Source: an uncultured Clostridia bacterium (GTDB lineage Bacteria > Bacillota > Clostridia > Christensenellales > UBA1242). From it: 58,445 nucleotides of DNA. The notes beneath the pieces were generated by a model, which saw only the letters and a list, made by a program, of their open reading frames with translations, ran no database searches and was not told the DNA's origin. This document shows positions 48,268 through 57,207 of this stretch, piece by piece. How positions within the stretch are numbered: the stretch's first letter is position 1; each line of letters begins with the position of its first letter. A program made the position numbers and the translations under genes. The DNA lies in assembly GCA_944350095.1 (NCBI GenBank), contig CALVOB010000018.1, positions 1 through 58,445 on the forward strand, in the 5' to 3' direction.

Positions 48268-51200
48268 TTAATAATAATCACTCATGAATCCTGCACTTCT
48301 AGATTTTCTTATAATTAACCAAATTGCTACGCCTAATATTCCAGCTCCACCAATTCCGCCTAATGTCCACCAAAGCCAATTAAGATTAGAACCCGCATCT
48401 TCAGCCTTCTCAATATTGGCTATCAACAAAAATTGCTGATTAGATGTTCTAAATGTTATTTCTTCATCAGAAGCAGATGAATTCTTTAAAAAACTTTCAA
48501 TTGGGTCTGATGTATTGCCCGCTTGCCAACCTTTAAATTCATAACCGTCTTTTACTTCTATCCTAATAATAACATCAGCATCTCTTGAAATAGAACCACT
48601 GAATACATAGTTATTTTCAGATGAATATTCATAAGGAACTTCATTTATGTAAATTGTTGCACAATTTTCTGTGCTTAATGAAGTTCTTACCGTCATATTA
48701 CATATTTGACTTGTAAAAATAGCTCTTAAAGTATAAACTTGGTTAATTTCAGTTGGCATTGGAACATAAAGATATGTGTTCCCTAAATTTTCACTTGAAA
48801 ATCTTATAGCAACTGACTGTCTTGCTGGTAGTCTAGTATCCTCATTGCCAACAGCAGTTTGCCCCAATTTTGCAGTTGTTAAAACCTCTTGTCCATCAAC
48901 TTCGGTAACCCAAACCCATTCTACAAATCCATAATTCTTAGCAGGAACAGCTTCAAATTCGTATAATCCTCCGCTAGAAACATTAATTTCTATCTTATCA
49001 AGTTCTTTTTGTGCCCCTCTAATTCTAACACCACCTTGTGCTAAATCCTGGCTTTCTACAACTAAATTATAGCTTATAGGCTCAGTTATAATAGTATATA
49101 GTCCGCTTGTAGAAGCATTCATTATAAATGTTACGCTCACCCCTGTTTCATCTTTAATTAATTCTAATGATTGTCCGTCTTTTTGAATGTTAGAAATTGC
49201 GTATAATAGTTCTTCACCTTCTGCAACTTCAGCTTTGATAGTAACAGTATCTCCAAATTTAACTAAATTTTCTCCTTCTTGAAAACTATCAGCTATTATT
49301 TGAGGACTTTGTTTCACATGTGTAGAATATGACAATGAAATTGTAAAGCTTTCAAAAGGTTGTAAAACAATATGTTCTTCACCTGCTTTTGCATACCATT
49401 TTTCACTAAAATTCCATGGATAGAATATTGTGTCCCACATTGATGAAGATACAAATGTGCTTTGTTCCCTAAAAATAGAAACATTAGAAACTTTTGTACA
49501 ACTAGTTAAAATATAGGTGGTTTCAGCTCCAATTAAATCATAACTTGAACTAGAAGCAGTATGGTTATATGCTATATTTCCAACAACAGGTAAATAAACG
49601 CCTGTTCCCATTTCACCAAAAAGTAATCCAACTTTTGGTGCAACATCATCATTTACAGTAACGCCATATATTTCGCCCGTTGCAAAATTATTTACGATTT
49701 TGCCTTCCCAAACAACTCCTACCAATCCACCTACTATTACATCGGTAATAGGCATACTGTCAGTAGTTAAGTCGTTTTTTACAACTTCCGCCCAAAGCAT
49801 TTTTTCTAAATTAGAGTTTGTGCAAAACACAAAACTATTTGAAATTTCACCCTCTACTTGTTTGCCAACAAGTCCGCCAACAACAATTTGACTTGCTGTT
49901 AAACTAGTACCTGTTGCCTTAATCTGTGCAGTTGAATAAGAATTGGAAATCTTTGTCCCTGTACTTGTTCCTACAATACCACCCGCTATTATTGATGTAT
50001 TTGCGTTTACTTCAATATAACCGCTTACTTCAACACTATCTATAATAGAGCCCTCGGCTGTGTGAGCAAGTAATCCAACGCTTGAACTTGATGTAAAAGT
50101 TGTCCAATCTTCAATTTTAAGATTCTTAATTGTCGCATTAGTAAGCCTATTGAAAAGACCGCCATTTTCACTTATTATAGAATTTTTTATATTTGTAATA
50201 TTAAAGGAATAATTGCTTGATTGAATATTTCCAAATAATGAATAAAATGTATAAGAAATTAACTCCTCTTCTCCTGCACTAATATATCCTATAATTTCGC
50301 TTGATGTTATTTTATTTTCCCCGCCAGCTGTACCTTCCACAACAAATGAATATCTTAATGGCGAAGAATTTACATTTTTTACATTTAATTCAAGTTGAGT
50401 TAAATTTTTTATTACAAAAGTATAGTTTTCTGGATTGTTCATAACATTTACATTATCACTAAAATATCCATTTGTTCTATTTGGATCTCCACCAATGTAA
50501 AATGAAATATCATGTTCTCCAGGAGCAAGAGTTATTGTAAATTCAGATGTACTATTTCCATCTTCCACAACCCCATTAACCTGAGCTTCCATTATTAAAT
50601 TTAAGGTTATTGCTTTGTCTGTATTATTTACAAACTTCTTAGAATAATCTGTTGGAATACATAACATATTATTTAAATTCTCAACAAAAACATAGTTTAA
50701 ACTTCCAAGTCCAAATTTTATTAAACCACTATTGATTATGTCACTTAAATTTATAAATGTTACCATATCGTTATTGATAGTATAATCAATTATTTCTGGT
50801 GTGTTTTCAGTATTTTCATATTCAATTTTTAATATATTACCTTCTTTGGAAATAGTAACTATTCTATTAGTTTCATTTAAATTTTTCAATACAAAATTGA
50901 AACTTTCATTTCCAAAGGAAACATTTAATGTTATTCCTCCAACATATCCATGATTTAATGTTGGAACAGTAAAATTTGCAGTGTTGTCATCTTGGATAAT
51001 TAGTGAGATATCGCTGTAATCAGAAACTCCATAATAATCATCTATATTTTGAGAACCAGATTCAACCGTTTTAATTTCTTCAACTATTAAAGAAATATTT
51101 TGATAGTTACTAACTACATCGTTATAAGAAATGCCTGTAAAAAGAGAAGAAATTGTGTTTGAAAGCTGAATATCACCTAAAATTGAATCTCTATTAAAAG

Positions 51201-51615
51201 TGTAAGAATTAGAATCAATAACAGTTTCACCACTAATTTGATACTTATATTTTAAAGATGAAATTTCTCTAAAAACATGCACTGAGTTAGTAATAACTCC
51301 ATCAGAAGAAGTAAGAATATTAGAACTTTGTCCTATTTCTAAATCCTGTCCTTGTGTTTGTTCAAGTGAAATAGAATATCCATTTCCATCTAAAACACCT
51401 GAAAAATTTATAGGCTTATAATCTGATGTTAATTTAATATCGCTAGCAAGATAATATGAACCTGTCGTAATTTTAGAAAAATCTTCTGCACTACTTATTG
51501 CTTCGCCAGCTGGCGTTTGAGCGCTTGCAGAATTATATGTATTATTAAAATTAAAAAAACTAAGCCCCAAAGTAGCTATACAAAAAACTAAAATTAAGCT
51601 AAATATTTTTTTCAA
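48268..51615 (-). CDS. GLUG-motif surface protein (1115 aa) with signal peptide and C-terminal TM anchor
   Basis: N-terminal signal (..SASAQ). Central GGLFN, AGGIVGT and VGGLVGK repeats. C-terminal WWTLGGIGGAGILGVAIWLII-RKSR. TTG start after GAGG. Confidence 0.75.
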   Translation of the reverse strand: MKKIFSLILVFCIATLGLSFFNFNNTYNSASAQTPAGEAISSAEDFSKITTGSYYLASDIKLTSDYKPINFSGVLDGNGYSISLEQTQGQDLEIGQSSNILTSSDGVITNSVHVFREISSLKYKYQISGETVIDSNSYTFNRDSILGDIQLSNTISSLFTGISYNDVVSNYQNISLIVEEIKTVESGSQNIDDYYGVSDYSDISLIIQDDNTANFTVPTLNHGYVGGITLNVSFGNESFNFVLKNLNETNRIVTISKEGNILKIEYENTENTPEIIDYTINNDMVTFINLSDIINSGLIKFGLGSLNYVFVENLNNMLCIPTDYSKKFVNNTDKAITLNLIMEAQVNGVVEDGNSTSEFTITLAPGEHDISFYIGGDPNRTNGYFSDNVNVMNNPENYTFVIKNLTQLELNVKNVNSSPLRYSFVVEGTAGGENKITSSEIIGYISAGEEELISYTFYSLFGNIQSSNYSFNITNIKNSIISENGGLFNRLTNATIKNLKIEDWTTFTSSSSVGLLAHTAEGSIIDSVEVSGYIEVNANTSIIAGGIVGTSTGTKISNSYSTAQIKATGTSLTASQIVVGGLVGKQVEGEISNSFVFCTNSNLEKMLWAEVVKNDLTTDSMPITDVIVGGLVGVVWEGKIVNNFATGEIYGVTVNDDVAPKVGLLFGEMGTGVYLPVVGNIAYNHTASSSSYDLIGAETTYILTSCTKVSNVSIFREQSTFVSSSMWDTIFYPWNFSEKWYAKAGEEHIVLQPFESFTISLSYSTHVKQSPQIIADSFQEGENLVKFGDTVTIKAEVAEGEELLYAISNIQKDGQSLELIKDETGVSVTFIMNASTSGLYTIITEPISYNLVVESQDLAQGGVRIRGAQKELDKIEINVSSGGLYEFEAVPAKNYGFVEWVWVTEVDGQEVLTTAKLGQTAVGNEDTRLPARQSVAIRFSSENLGNTYLYVPMPTEINQVYTLRAIFTSQICNMTVRTSLSTENCATIYINEVPYEYSSENNYVFSGSISRDADVIIRIEVKDGYEFKGWQAGNTSDPIESFLKNSSASDEEITFRTSNQQFLLIANIEKAEDAGSNLNWLWWTLGGIGGAGILGVAIWLIIRKSRSAGFMSDYY

Positions 51616-51692
51616 AATAATTACCTCACTACTTTATATTCTATCTAAATATAACACAATTATTTAAATTAACAAAATTAATTTTAAATAAT

Positions 51693-53120
51693 TTAATAAT
51701 ATTTTTTAGATAATTTTTTAATTAATTTTTCTTTATCTTTTTGAATGTCAGTTTTAAATGTTATTTTTTTAGGAATTTCAGGTCTGCTAATTATATAATA
51801 TCTAAGTTCATCTAAGGCATGGTCATCTTTTTTTACAGGATTATCCCCTTTACCCCAAAAGTATCCTTTTATTTCTCTAATTAAATTTGTGCAAGTTCTA
51901 AAAATAAAAAGTTTTGCCTTGCCCTCACCATCTTTTAAATAGCTTTTTACCCTTGAAATTCCAGCAAATAAATTTTTATCTACCTTAGGATTTGCTAGAA
52001 TTCCATTATCGTAAAAAAGTTCAACTACACTACGCTCAGCCGATAATGTCCTTTGAGTTGCTGCACTGTCTATTAAAGTAGAAATCATTCCATTACTAGC
52101 TCTGTGCCAATTTAATTTGTCTGATATTTCCTTTATTTTTTCTGCATGATAAATTATATCCCTTTTAGCTTCGTAATGCTCAGCAATTACATACACATTT
52201 CCATCATAATCTACAGCATACCAATGTGCAGACAACGGATTATTTAGTCCAGGGTCTATTGAAATATTATCTTGCCATTCATAAGGAATATCAAAAGGGT
52301 CTATTACATGAACATTTTCATCAAATTCACTATAAACTAAACCTCCATTAGCTGTAAATCGGCCATATTTTCTTGCTTCAAGCTCGCTTTCACTTAAAGT
52401 TGATGTTAAAAGTTTAATTTCATCTTTATCTAAAAAAGGATTATCTTCCCAATTCATTTGTTCGCACCAAATTTCAGGATTATTTTTTTCGTTTAAATAA
52501 ATTTCATTATAAACCCAAGTTAATCCTTTTAAAGGTGTCATAGTGCCAAATATATCACCTTTTTTATCAAAAACTCTCATTAAACATTCAAAGTATATAT
52601 CTTCTGGAGGTTCTTCATCAAACCAAACAAAATCTAAACTCGCACCTTGAAATTTATCTCTACCTTGGTCAGCACTTTTAAAATAAATTTTACTATTTAA
52701 TCCAGAAACATTTTTAATTATTATATAGTCTATAATACCACTTTCATATCCTTCTTTTCTCCCCTCAACCATGCAAACATCAACAATCCAATCAGCATTT
52801 AAATAATGCAGAATTTTACTTTGTGCAACTTCTCTTTGAACTTGTCTGGAAACAGAAACAACCCAACCTGTAACACACCTTTTATTTTTTCTGTATGGAT
52901 GAATTCCTCTTGCAAGCCAAATACATTCAACAGCTCCACATTCAGTTTTTCCGCTTCTATTTCCACCAAACACCCAACGATTTCTTTTTGGACATTTATG
53001 AAACAAAAGCTGTTTTTCATGGACAACTTTTCCTGTATTGTATCTATTTAAAGCGTTTTTAGAATATCGTTTTATAATTTCTTTATTTACTTTATCTAAT
53101 TTTTTTAATAACTCTTTCAA
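51693..53120 (-). CDS. terL: Terminase large subunit
   Basis: Walker A GGNRSGKT, Walker B LDFVWFDEE, C-terminal nuclease-like half. TTG start 7 nt after GGAGG. Confidence 0.85.
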   Translation of the reverse strand: MKELLKKLDKVNKEIIKRYSKNALNRYNTGKVVHEKQLLFHKCPKRNRWVFGGNRSGKTECGAVECIWLARGIHPYRKNKRCVTGWVVSVSRQVQREVAQSKILHYLNADWIVDVCMVEGRKEGYESGIIDYIIIKNVSGLNSKIYFKSADQGRDKFQGASLDFVWFDEEPPEDIYFECLMRVFDKKGDIFGTMTPLKGLTWVYNEIYLNEKNNPEIWCEQMNWEDNPFLDKDEIKLLTSTLSESELEARKYGRFTANGGLVYSEFDENVHVIDPFDIPYEWQDNISIDPGLNNPLSAHWYAVDYDGNVYVIAEHYEAKRDIIYHAEKIKEISDKLNWHRASNGMISTLIDSAATQRTLSAERSVVELFYDNGILANPKVDKNLFAGISRVKSYLKDGEGKAKLFIFRTCTNLIREIKGYFWGKGDNPVKKDDHALDELRYYIISRPEIPKKITFKTDIQKDKEKLIKKLSKKYY

Positions 53121-53139
53121 ATTGTGTCCTCCAAATTAG

Positions 53140-53224
53140 AAAGAGGCATTGCAATTTTGACTTCGTCAAAATTATAACTTGCTACTGCAAGTTATCTTTT
53201 GCAAGCAAAAGGCAATGCCTCTTT
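53140..53224. repeat. Four-way-junction palindromic element (subfamily I copy) upstream of terL
   Basis: 13-bp outer stem AAAGAGGCATTGC/GCAATGCCTCTTT encloses AATTTTGAC/GTCAAAATT, ATAACTTGC/GCAAGTTAT and CTTTTGC/GCAAAAG with zero linker nt. Confidence 0.7.
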
Positions 53225-53367
53225 GGTACGGGCGGAAATTTTGCAAAATACAAAAATAAATTTTTTTGCTTTGCTATATTTCTTACCACTTAAAAAAACG
53301 CAAAATTGGTATTTTTTAGACAAAAATATAAATGCCAACTTTGCACTAAAAGAATTAAAATTGTTTT

Positions 53368-54177
53368 ATGAAAATTTTATTGGTTATTGCATTAATTCTA
53401 ATAAATATTTTTACTTTTACTAATATGCCCGCCCAAGCCTCTTCGGACGAGATAATCTATGCACGAATAACCACAAACAATGTGTGTTTTTACTCTGCTC
53501 CATCGGAGAGTTCCGCCTTATTCTATATTCCAAATTCTTATTTTGTACAACTACTTGATAATGCTGGCGATGAATTTTACAGTGCACGCTATTCCGACCT
53601 ATTTGGATATGTGAAAAAAAGCGAAGTATCTCCTGTTAAAGGAAACCCTATAACCCCCTATGCAGAAAAAATTTCTTTTAGAGTTATATCGTTAAATGGT
53701 CTTGAACTTAGAAGCGTACCTAAAAGCACTTCACCATTTGAAATTGTTGACAATGTTCCATTTTTAGAAACAGACTTAGTTTACTATGGCACAATGTTAG
53801 GCGACTCCTTAGTTCCAGAATGCACAAATATTTGGTATTATTGTAAGTATCTAGATGGAACAAGAAGTTCAATGGGATATCTTTATTCTTTGTTTTGCGA
53901 CAAGTTAACAAATATTCCAACAAACACAGAAGTACTTGAAATTAGAACTGAACCAATATTTGTAGAAGAAGAGAATCCAGGCCCTAATAGTACTTTAAAT
54001 TTTTCCTCTCCTACACAAATTTTAATAGTAGTGGCAGTATGTTTGCCATGTTTACTTATAATATATCTTTTATTTAAACCTACTAAAATAGCTAATAAAG
54101 AAGTTGAGGCTAAAAATGCTAAAACTAAAAAGATAAAGCGTTTAAAAAGAAGCGATTATTACGAAATAGACGACTAA
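53368..54177 (+). CDS. Secreted SH3-like repeat protein with C-terminal TM anchor (269 aa)
   Basis: Signal peptide (..MPAQASS). Two segments resemble bacterial SH3 domains. C-terminal hydrophobic helix followed by a K-rich tail. Confidence 0.5.
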   Translation: MKILLVIALILINIFTFTNMPAQASSDEIIYARITTNNVCFYSAPSESSALFYIPNSYFVQLLDNAGDEFYSARYSDLFGYVKKSEVSPVKGNPITPYAEKISFRVISLNGLELRSVPKSTSPFEIVDNVPFLETDLVYYGTMLGDSLVPECTNIWYYCKYLDGTRSSMGYLYSLFCDKLTNIPTNTEVLEIRTEPIFVEEENPGPNSTLNFSSPTQILIVVAVCLPCLLIIYLLFKPTKIANKEVEAKNAKTKKIKRLKRSDYYEIDD

Positions 54178-54716
54178 TTCGCCAAAGATAGTTTTTTGTA
54201 GTCTCTTATAACCATATTTAAGTAATCATTATCTATTTTAACAAAATCATCATGCATAGCCTCTTTACCAACTTCAAATAACCATGTTTCGTCATGTAGT
54301 TCACTTTCAAGTTTTTCTTTTGTATAACCTAAATTTTCTGCTTCCATTGATGCCATTCCTAAGGCTTCATTAATTCTTCTATAGCAAGTGCGCTCAGATA
54401 TTTCAAAATGCTTTGCAATAGTTTTAATTGAATATCCATCTATAAATCTTAATATTAGTGTCTTTGCTAAGTTTTTATCTATATTTTTTGCAATTAAGTT
54501 TGCAAGCACTTTTAAATTAATAAGTGCCACTTTTTTTTGTGAAAGCTTTATTAAATTTTCAGTCAAATTATAAACATCGTTGTAGCTTACTGCACTGCCA
54601 CTCATAACTCCTGCATTTAAAGCCCTAGCCGAAAAAACTTTATCTATGGAGTCTATAATTCTTGGCAAATGTCTATAAACCATAAATATTGTTTTAATCC
54701 AAGTTTTTAAATTCAT
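54174..54716 (-). CDS. Sigma-70 region-4-like HTH protein (180 aa), putative transcription regulator
   Basis: LRFIDGYSIKTIAKHFEISERTCYRRINEALG resembles sigma region 4 and phage late-regulator HTHs. No region 2 was recognised. Confidence 0.5.
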   Translation of the reverse strand: MNLKTWIKTIFMVYRHLPRIIDSIDKVFSARALNAGVMSGSAVSYNDVYNLTENLIKLSQKKVALINLKVLANLIAKNIDKNLAKTLILRFIDGYSIKTIAKHFEISERTCYRRINEALGMASMEAENLGYTKEKLESELHDETWLFEVGKEAMHDDFVKIDNDYLNMVIRDYKKLSLAN

Positions 54717-55063
54717 ATAATTCCCCCATTATTGTGATTATATCTTGCCAAATTTATTAGCATCAAATAATTTGGCATCATTTTGTAAAAAACTTCGAAA
54801 AAATTTCTATTTTTTACAAAAAAGTTCAATTTTTCGCTTTTTATAGAACTTATGTTCAATAATAAAGGTAAAAAACTGCCAAAAGTTTGTCAACTATATA
54901 AAAAACAAAATAATTTCTAGAAGTTTTCTGCAAACATTTTAATTGTGAAAATATATAATATTCAAGATAACATGACAAATTTTAATTAAAATCTTACAAA
55001 AAAATTAAACCTCTCATATCTAAAAGGCTTAATAAAAACTAATAAGGATTTATCTCATAAAAT

Positions 55064-55091
55064 TAAAAAATAGAGCAATACTGCCCTATTT
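55064..55091 (-). terminator. Rho-independent terminator after the SPT-like gene
   Basis: Minus-strand stem AAAUAGGGC/GCUCUAUUU (one G-U), followed by a U-run. Confidence 0.6.
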
Positions 55092-55128
55092 ATAATGATT
55101 TATATATAATTTAAAAATTATATGGTTA

Positions 55129-56316
55129 TTATTTTATATCTAAAATGTTTAAAACTTCTACAATGGCATCTATTGCTTTATCCATTTGTTCTTTGGTATG
55201 GGTGGCTGTATAACTTGTTCTTAAAAGTGATTGTCCAGGTGGCGTTGCAGGCGTAACAACAGGATTAACATAAACTCCTCTTTCTAATAAAAGTTTACAA
55301 GCCTTAAAAGATTTTTCGTCGTCATAAGTATAAATTGGAATTATAGGAGTACTATCTATTTCTATAATTTTAACTCCCCTTGCTTTTAAACCAGCACGCA
55401 TATAGTCTGAAATATCTCTAAGTGCTTGAACTCTTTGTGGTTCATTTTTTAAAATTTCCAATGCTTTTCTAGCACAAGCAACACTTGCAGGAGTTATTGA
55501 AGCACTAAATATAAACGGACGAGAATTATGCCTTACATAATCCACAACTTCTTTTTTAGCTGCCATATATCCGCCAAGACTAGCTAAACTTTTACTAAAA
55601 GTGCCCATGTAAATATCAACTTCATTTTCTAGTCCAAAGTGTTCAGCCGTACCTCTGCCGTGTTTACCTAATACACCTAATCCGTGAGCATCATCTACCA
55701 TTACTTTTGCGCCATATTTTTTTGCAAGTTTTACAATTTCTGGGAGTTTGCAGATTTCCCCACTCATGCTAAATACTCCGTCTGTAACTATAAGTATACC
55801 CGCAGTATCTGGCACTGTTTTTAATTGACGCTCTAAATCTTCCATATCACTATGAGTATATCTAAGCATCTTAGCATAACTAAGCCTACAAGCATCATAA
55901 ATGCTAGCATGATTTTCTTTATCGCAAAGAATATAATCATTTCTTCCTGCAATAGCACTAATAATACCTAAATTGCTTTGAAAACCTGTACTAAAAGTTA
56001 CAACAGCTTCTTTATGTAAAAAGTCAGCAAGTTCTTTTTCAAGTTTGACATGAATATCTAATGTTCCATTTAAAAATCTTGAACCAGAACAACCAGAGCC
56101 GTATTTTTTTAATGCTTCAATCCCCGCTTTAATAACTTCTGGGTGAGAAGTTAAACCTAAATAGTTGTTTGAGCCTATCATTATCGTATCGTGGCCACTC
56201 ATAACAACCTGTGTGTCCTGACCTGTGGTAAGCTCGTGAAAATAAGGATAAAGACCACTTTCTTTAACTCCATTTAACCATTCTTGATAATCGCTACATT
56301 TTTTAAATAAATCCAT
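55129..56316 (-). CDS. PLP-dependent alpha-oxoamine synthase, serine palmitoyltransferase-like
   Basis: GSRFLNGTLDIHVKLE, DDAHGLG, GTFSKSLASLGGY (PLP lysine) and YVNPVVTPATPPGQSLLR motifs. Start at 56316. Confidence 0.7.
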   Translation of the reverse strand: MDLFKKCSDYQEWLNGVKESGLYPYFHELTTGQDTQVVMSGHDTIMIGSNNYLGLTSHPEVIKAGIEALKKYGSGCSGSRFLNGTLDIHVKLEKELADFLHKEAVVTFSTGFQSNLGIISAIAGRNDYILCDKENHASIYDACRLSYAKMLRYTHSDMEDLERQLKTVPDTAGILIVTDGVFSMSGEICKLPEIVKLAKKYGAKVMVDDAHGLGVLGKHGRGTAEHFGLENEVDIYMGTFSKSLASLGGYMAAKKEVVDYVRHNSRPFIFSASITPASVACARKALEILKNEPQRVQALRDISDYMRAGLKARGVKIIEIDSTPIIPIYTYDDEKSFKACKLLLERGVYVNPVVTPATPPGQSLLRTSYTATHTKEQMDKAIDAIVEVLNILDIK

Positions 56317-56330
56317 AATTTTATTTCCTT

Positions 56331-57116
56331 TTAACCATATAATTTTTTTACTATCCAAAGCATAAACTTAGTTGGCACTATTTTTACAAGCAACGCAATA
56401 AGTTTATACGAAAAGCCTACTGTTTTGCAAGCAGGAGAACGCTTTTTTTTGATAATTTTAAAAATAACTTTACTAACAGCACTTGCAGGCATACCTTTTT
56501 GTTCATCTTTTTCCATTTTTTCTATTGAATGGACAATTCTATTGCCATAAAATTCGTCCTCTTCAACTCTATCTTTAATTCTAGCAGAAGTAAAACCTGT
56601 TTTGGTATCTCCGGGGCAAACAACGCTTACATCTATTTTAAAAGGCTTTACCTCTAAACGAAGTGCATAGGAAAATTGTTGTACAGCAGATTTGGTCGCT
56701 GAATAAAATGCTTGAAATGGAATTGGAACAAAAGATGCAACAGAACTAACATTTACAATTTTTCCTCCACCACTTGCTCTCATATAAGGGATTACAAGTT
56801 TACAAGTATTGATAAGTGCAAGAACATTCACATCAAAAATTTTCTTTATATCTTCTTCACTTGAATATTCTACCGCTCCAGATATACCCATGCCTGCATT
56901 ATTAATTAAAACATCAATTTTTCCCTCTTTTTCATAAATTTCTTTTAAACATTCACTCGTGCGTGAATAATCAGTTATGTCGCAAGGTAAATTTTGAAAA
57001 TATTCACATTCAAACAGTCTTCTAGAAAGGCCATAAACCTTATGCCCTTTCAAAGACAAAAGTTTAGCAGTTTCAAATCCTATTCCACTTGATGCACCTG
57101 TTATAACTACAACCAA
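56331..57116 (-). CDS. Classical short-chain dehydrogenase/reductase
   Basis: TGASSGIG, NNAG and YSATK motifs. TTG start after AAAGGAG. The stop lies 14 nt before the SPT-like start. Confidence 0.8.
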   Translation of the reverse strand: MVVVITGASSGIGFETAKLLSLKGHKVYGLSRRLFECEYFQNLPCDITDYSRTSECLKEIYEKEGKIDVLINNAGMGISGAVEYSSEEDIKKIFDVNVLALINTCKLVIPYMRASGGGKIVNVSSVASFVPIPFQAFYSATKSAVQQFSYALRLEVKPFKIDVSVVCPGDTKTGFTSARIKDRVEEDEFYGNRIVHSIEKMEKDEQKGMPASAVSKVIFKIIKKKRSPACKTVGFSYKLIALLVKIVPTKFMLWIVKKLYG

Positions 57117-57156
57117 TTTTTTTACTCCTTTTTGAATTTTATTAAATTTTTAAATA

Positions 57157-57179
57157 ATTGTCAAACATAAATTGACAAT
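57157..57179. promoter_or_regulatory. Back-to-back -35 boxes (ATTGTCAA-7 nt-TTGACAAT) for the divergent SDR genes
   Basis: Minus strand: TTGACA-17-TAAAAT. Plus strand: TTGACA-18-TATACT (57196-57201). Confidence 0.45.
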
Positions 57180-57207
57180 GATTTTTTAAATTTTGTATAC
57201 TAATTTT

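Larger units (their letters stand above)
38898..53120 (-). mobile_element. Phage-like packaging/head/holin module (incomplete prophage, satellite or domesticated particle locus)
   Basis: Co-oriented, translationally coupled TerL, TerS-like, portal, scaffold, capsid, connector-like and holin genes. No integrase, replication, tail or lysin genes were recognised. Confidence 0.6.

Noticed and set aside
57157-57179. Inverted repeat ATTGTCAA-n7-TTGACAAT as an operator between the SDR genes
   Set aside because: It is fully explained as two back-to-back -35 hexamers, each with a correctly spaced -10 for the divergent genes.
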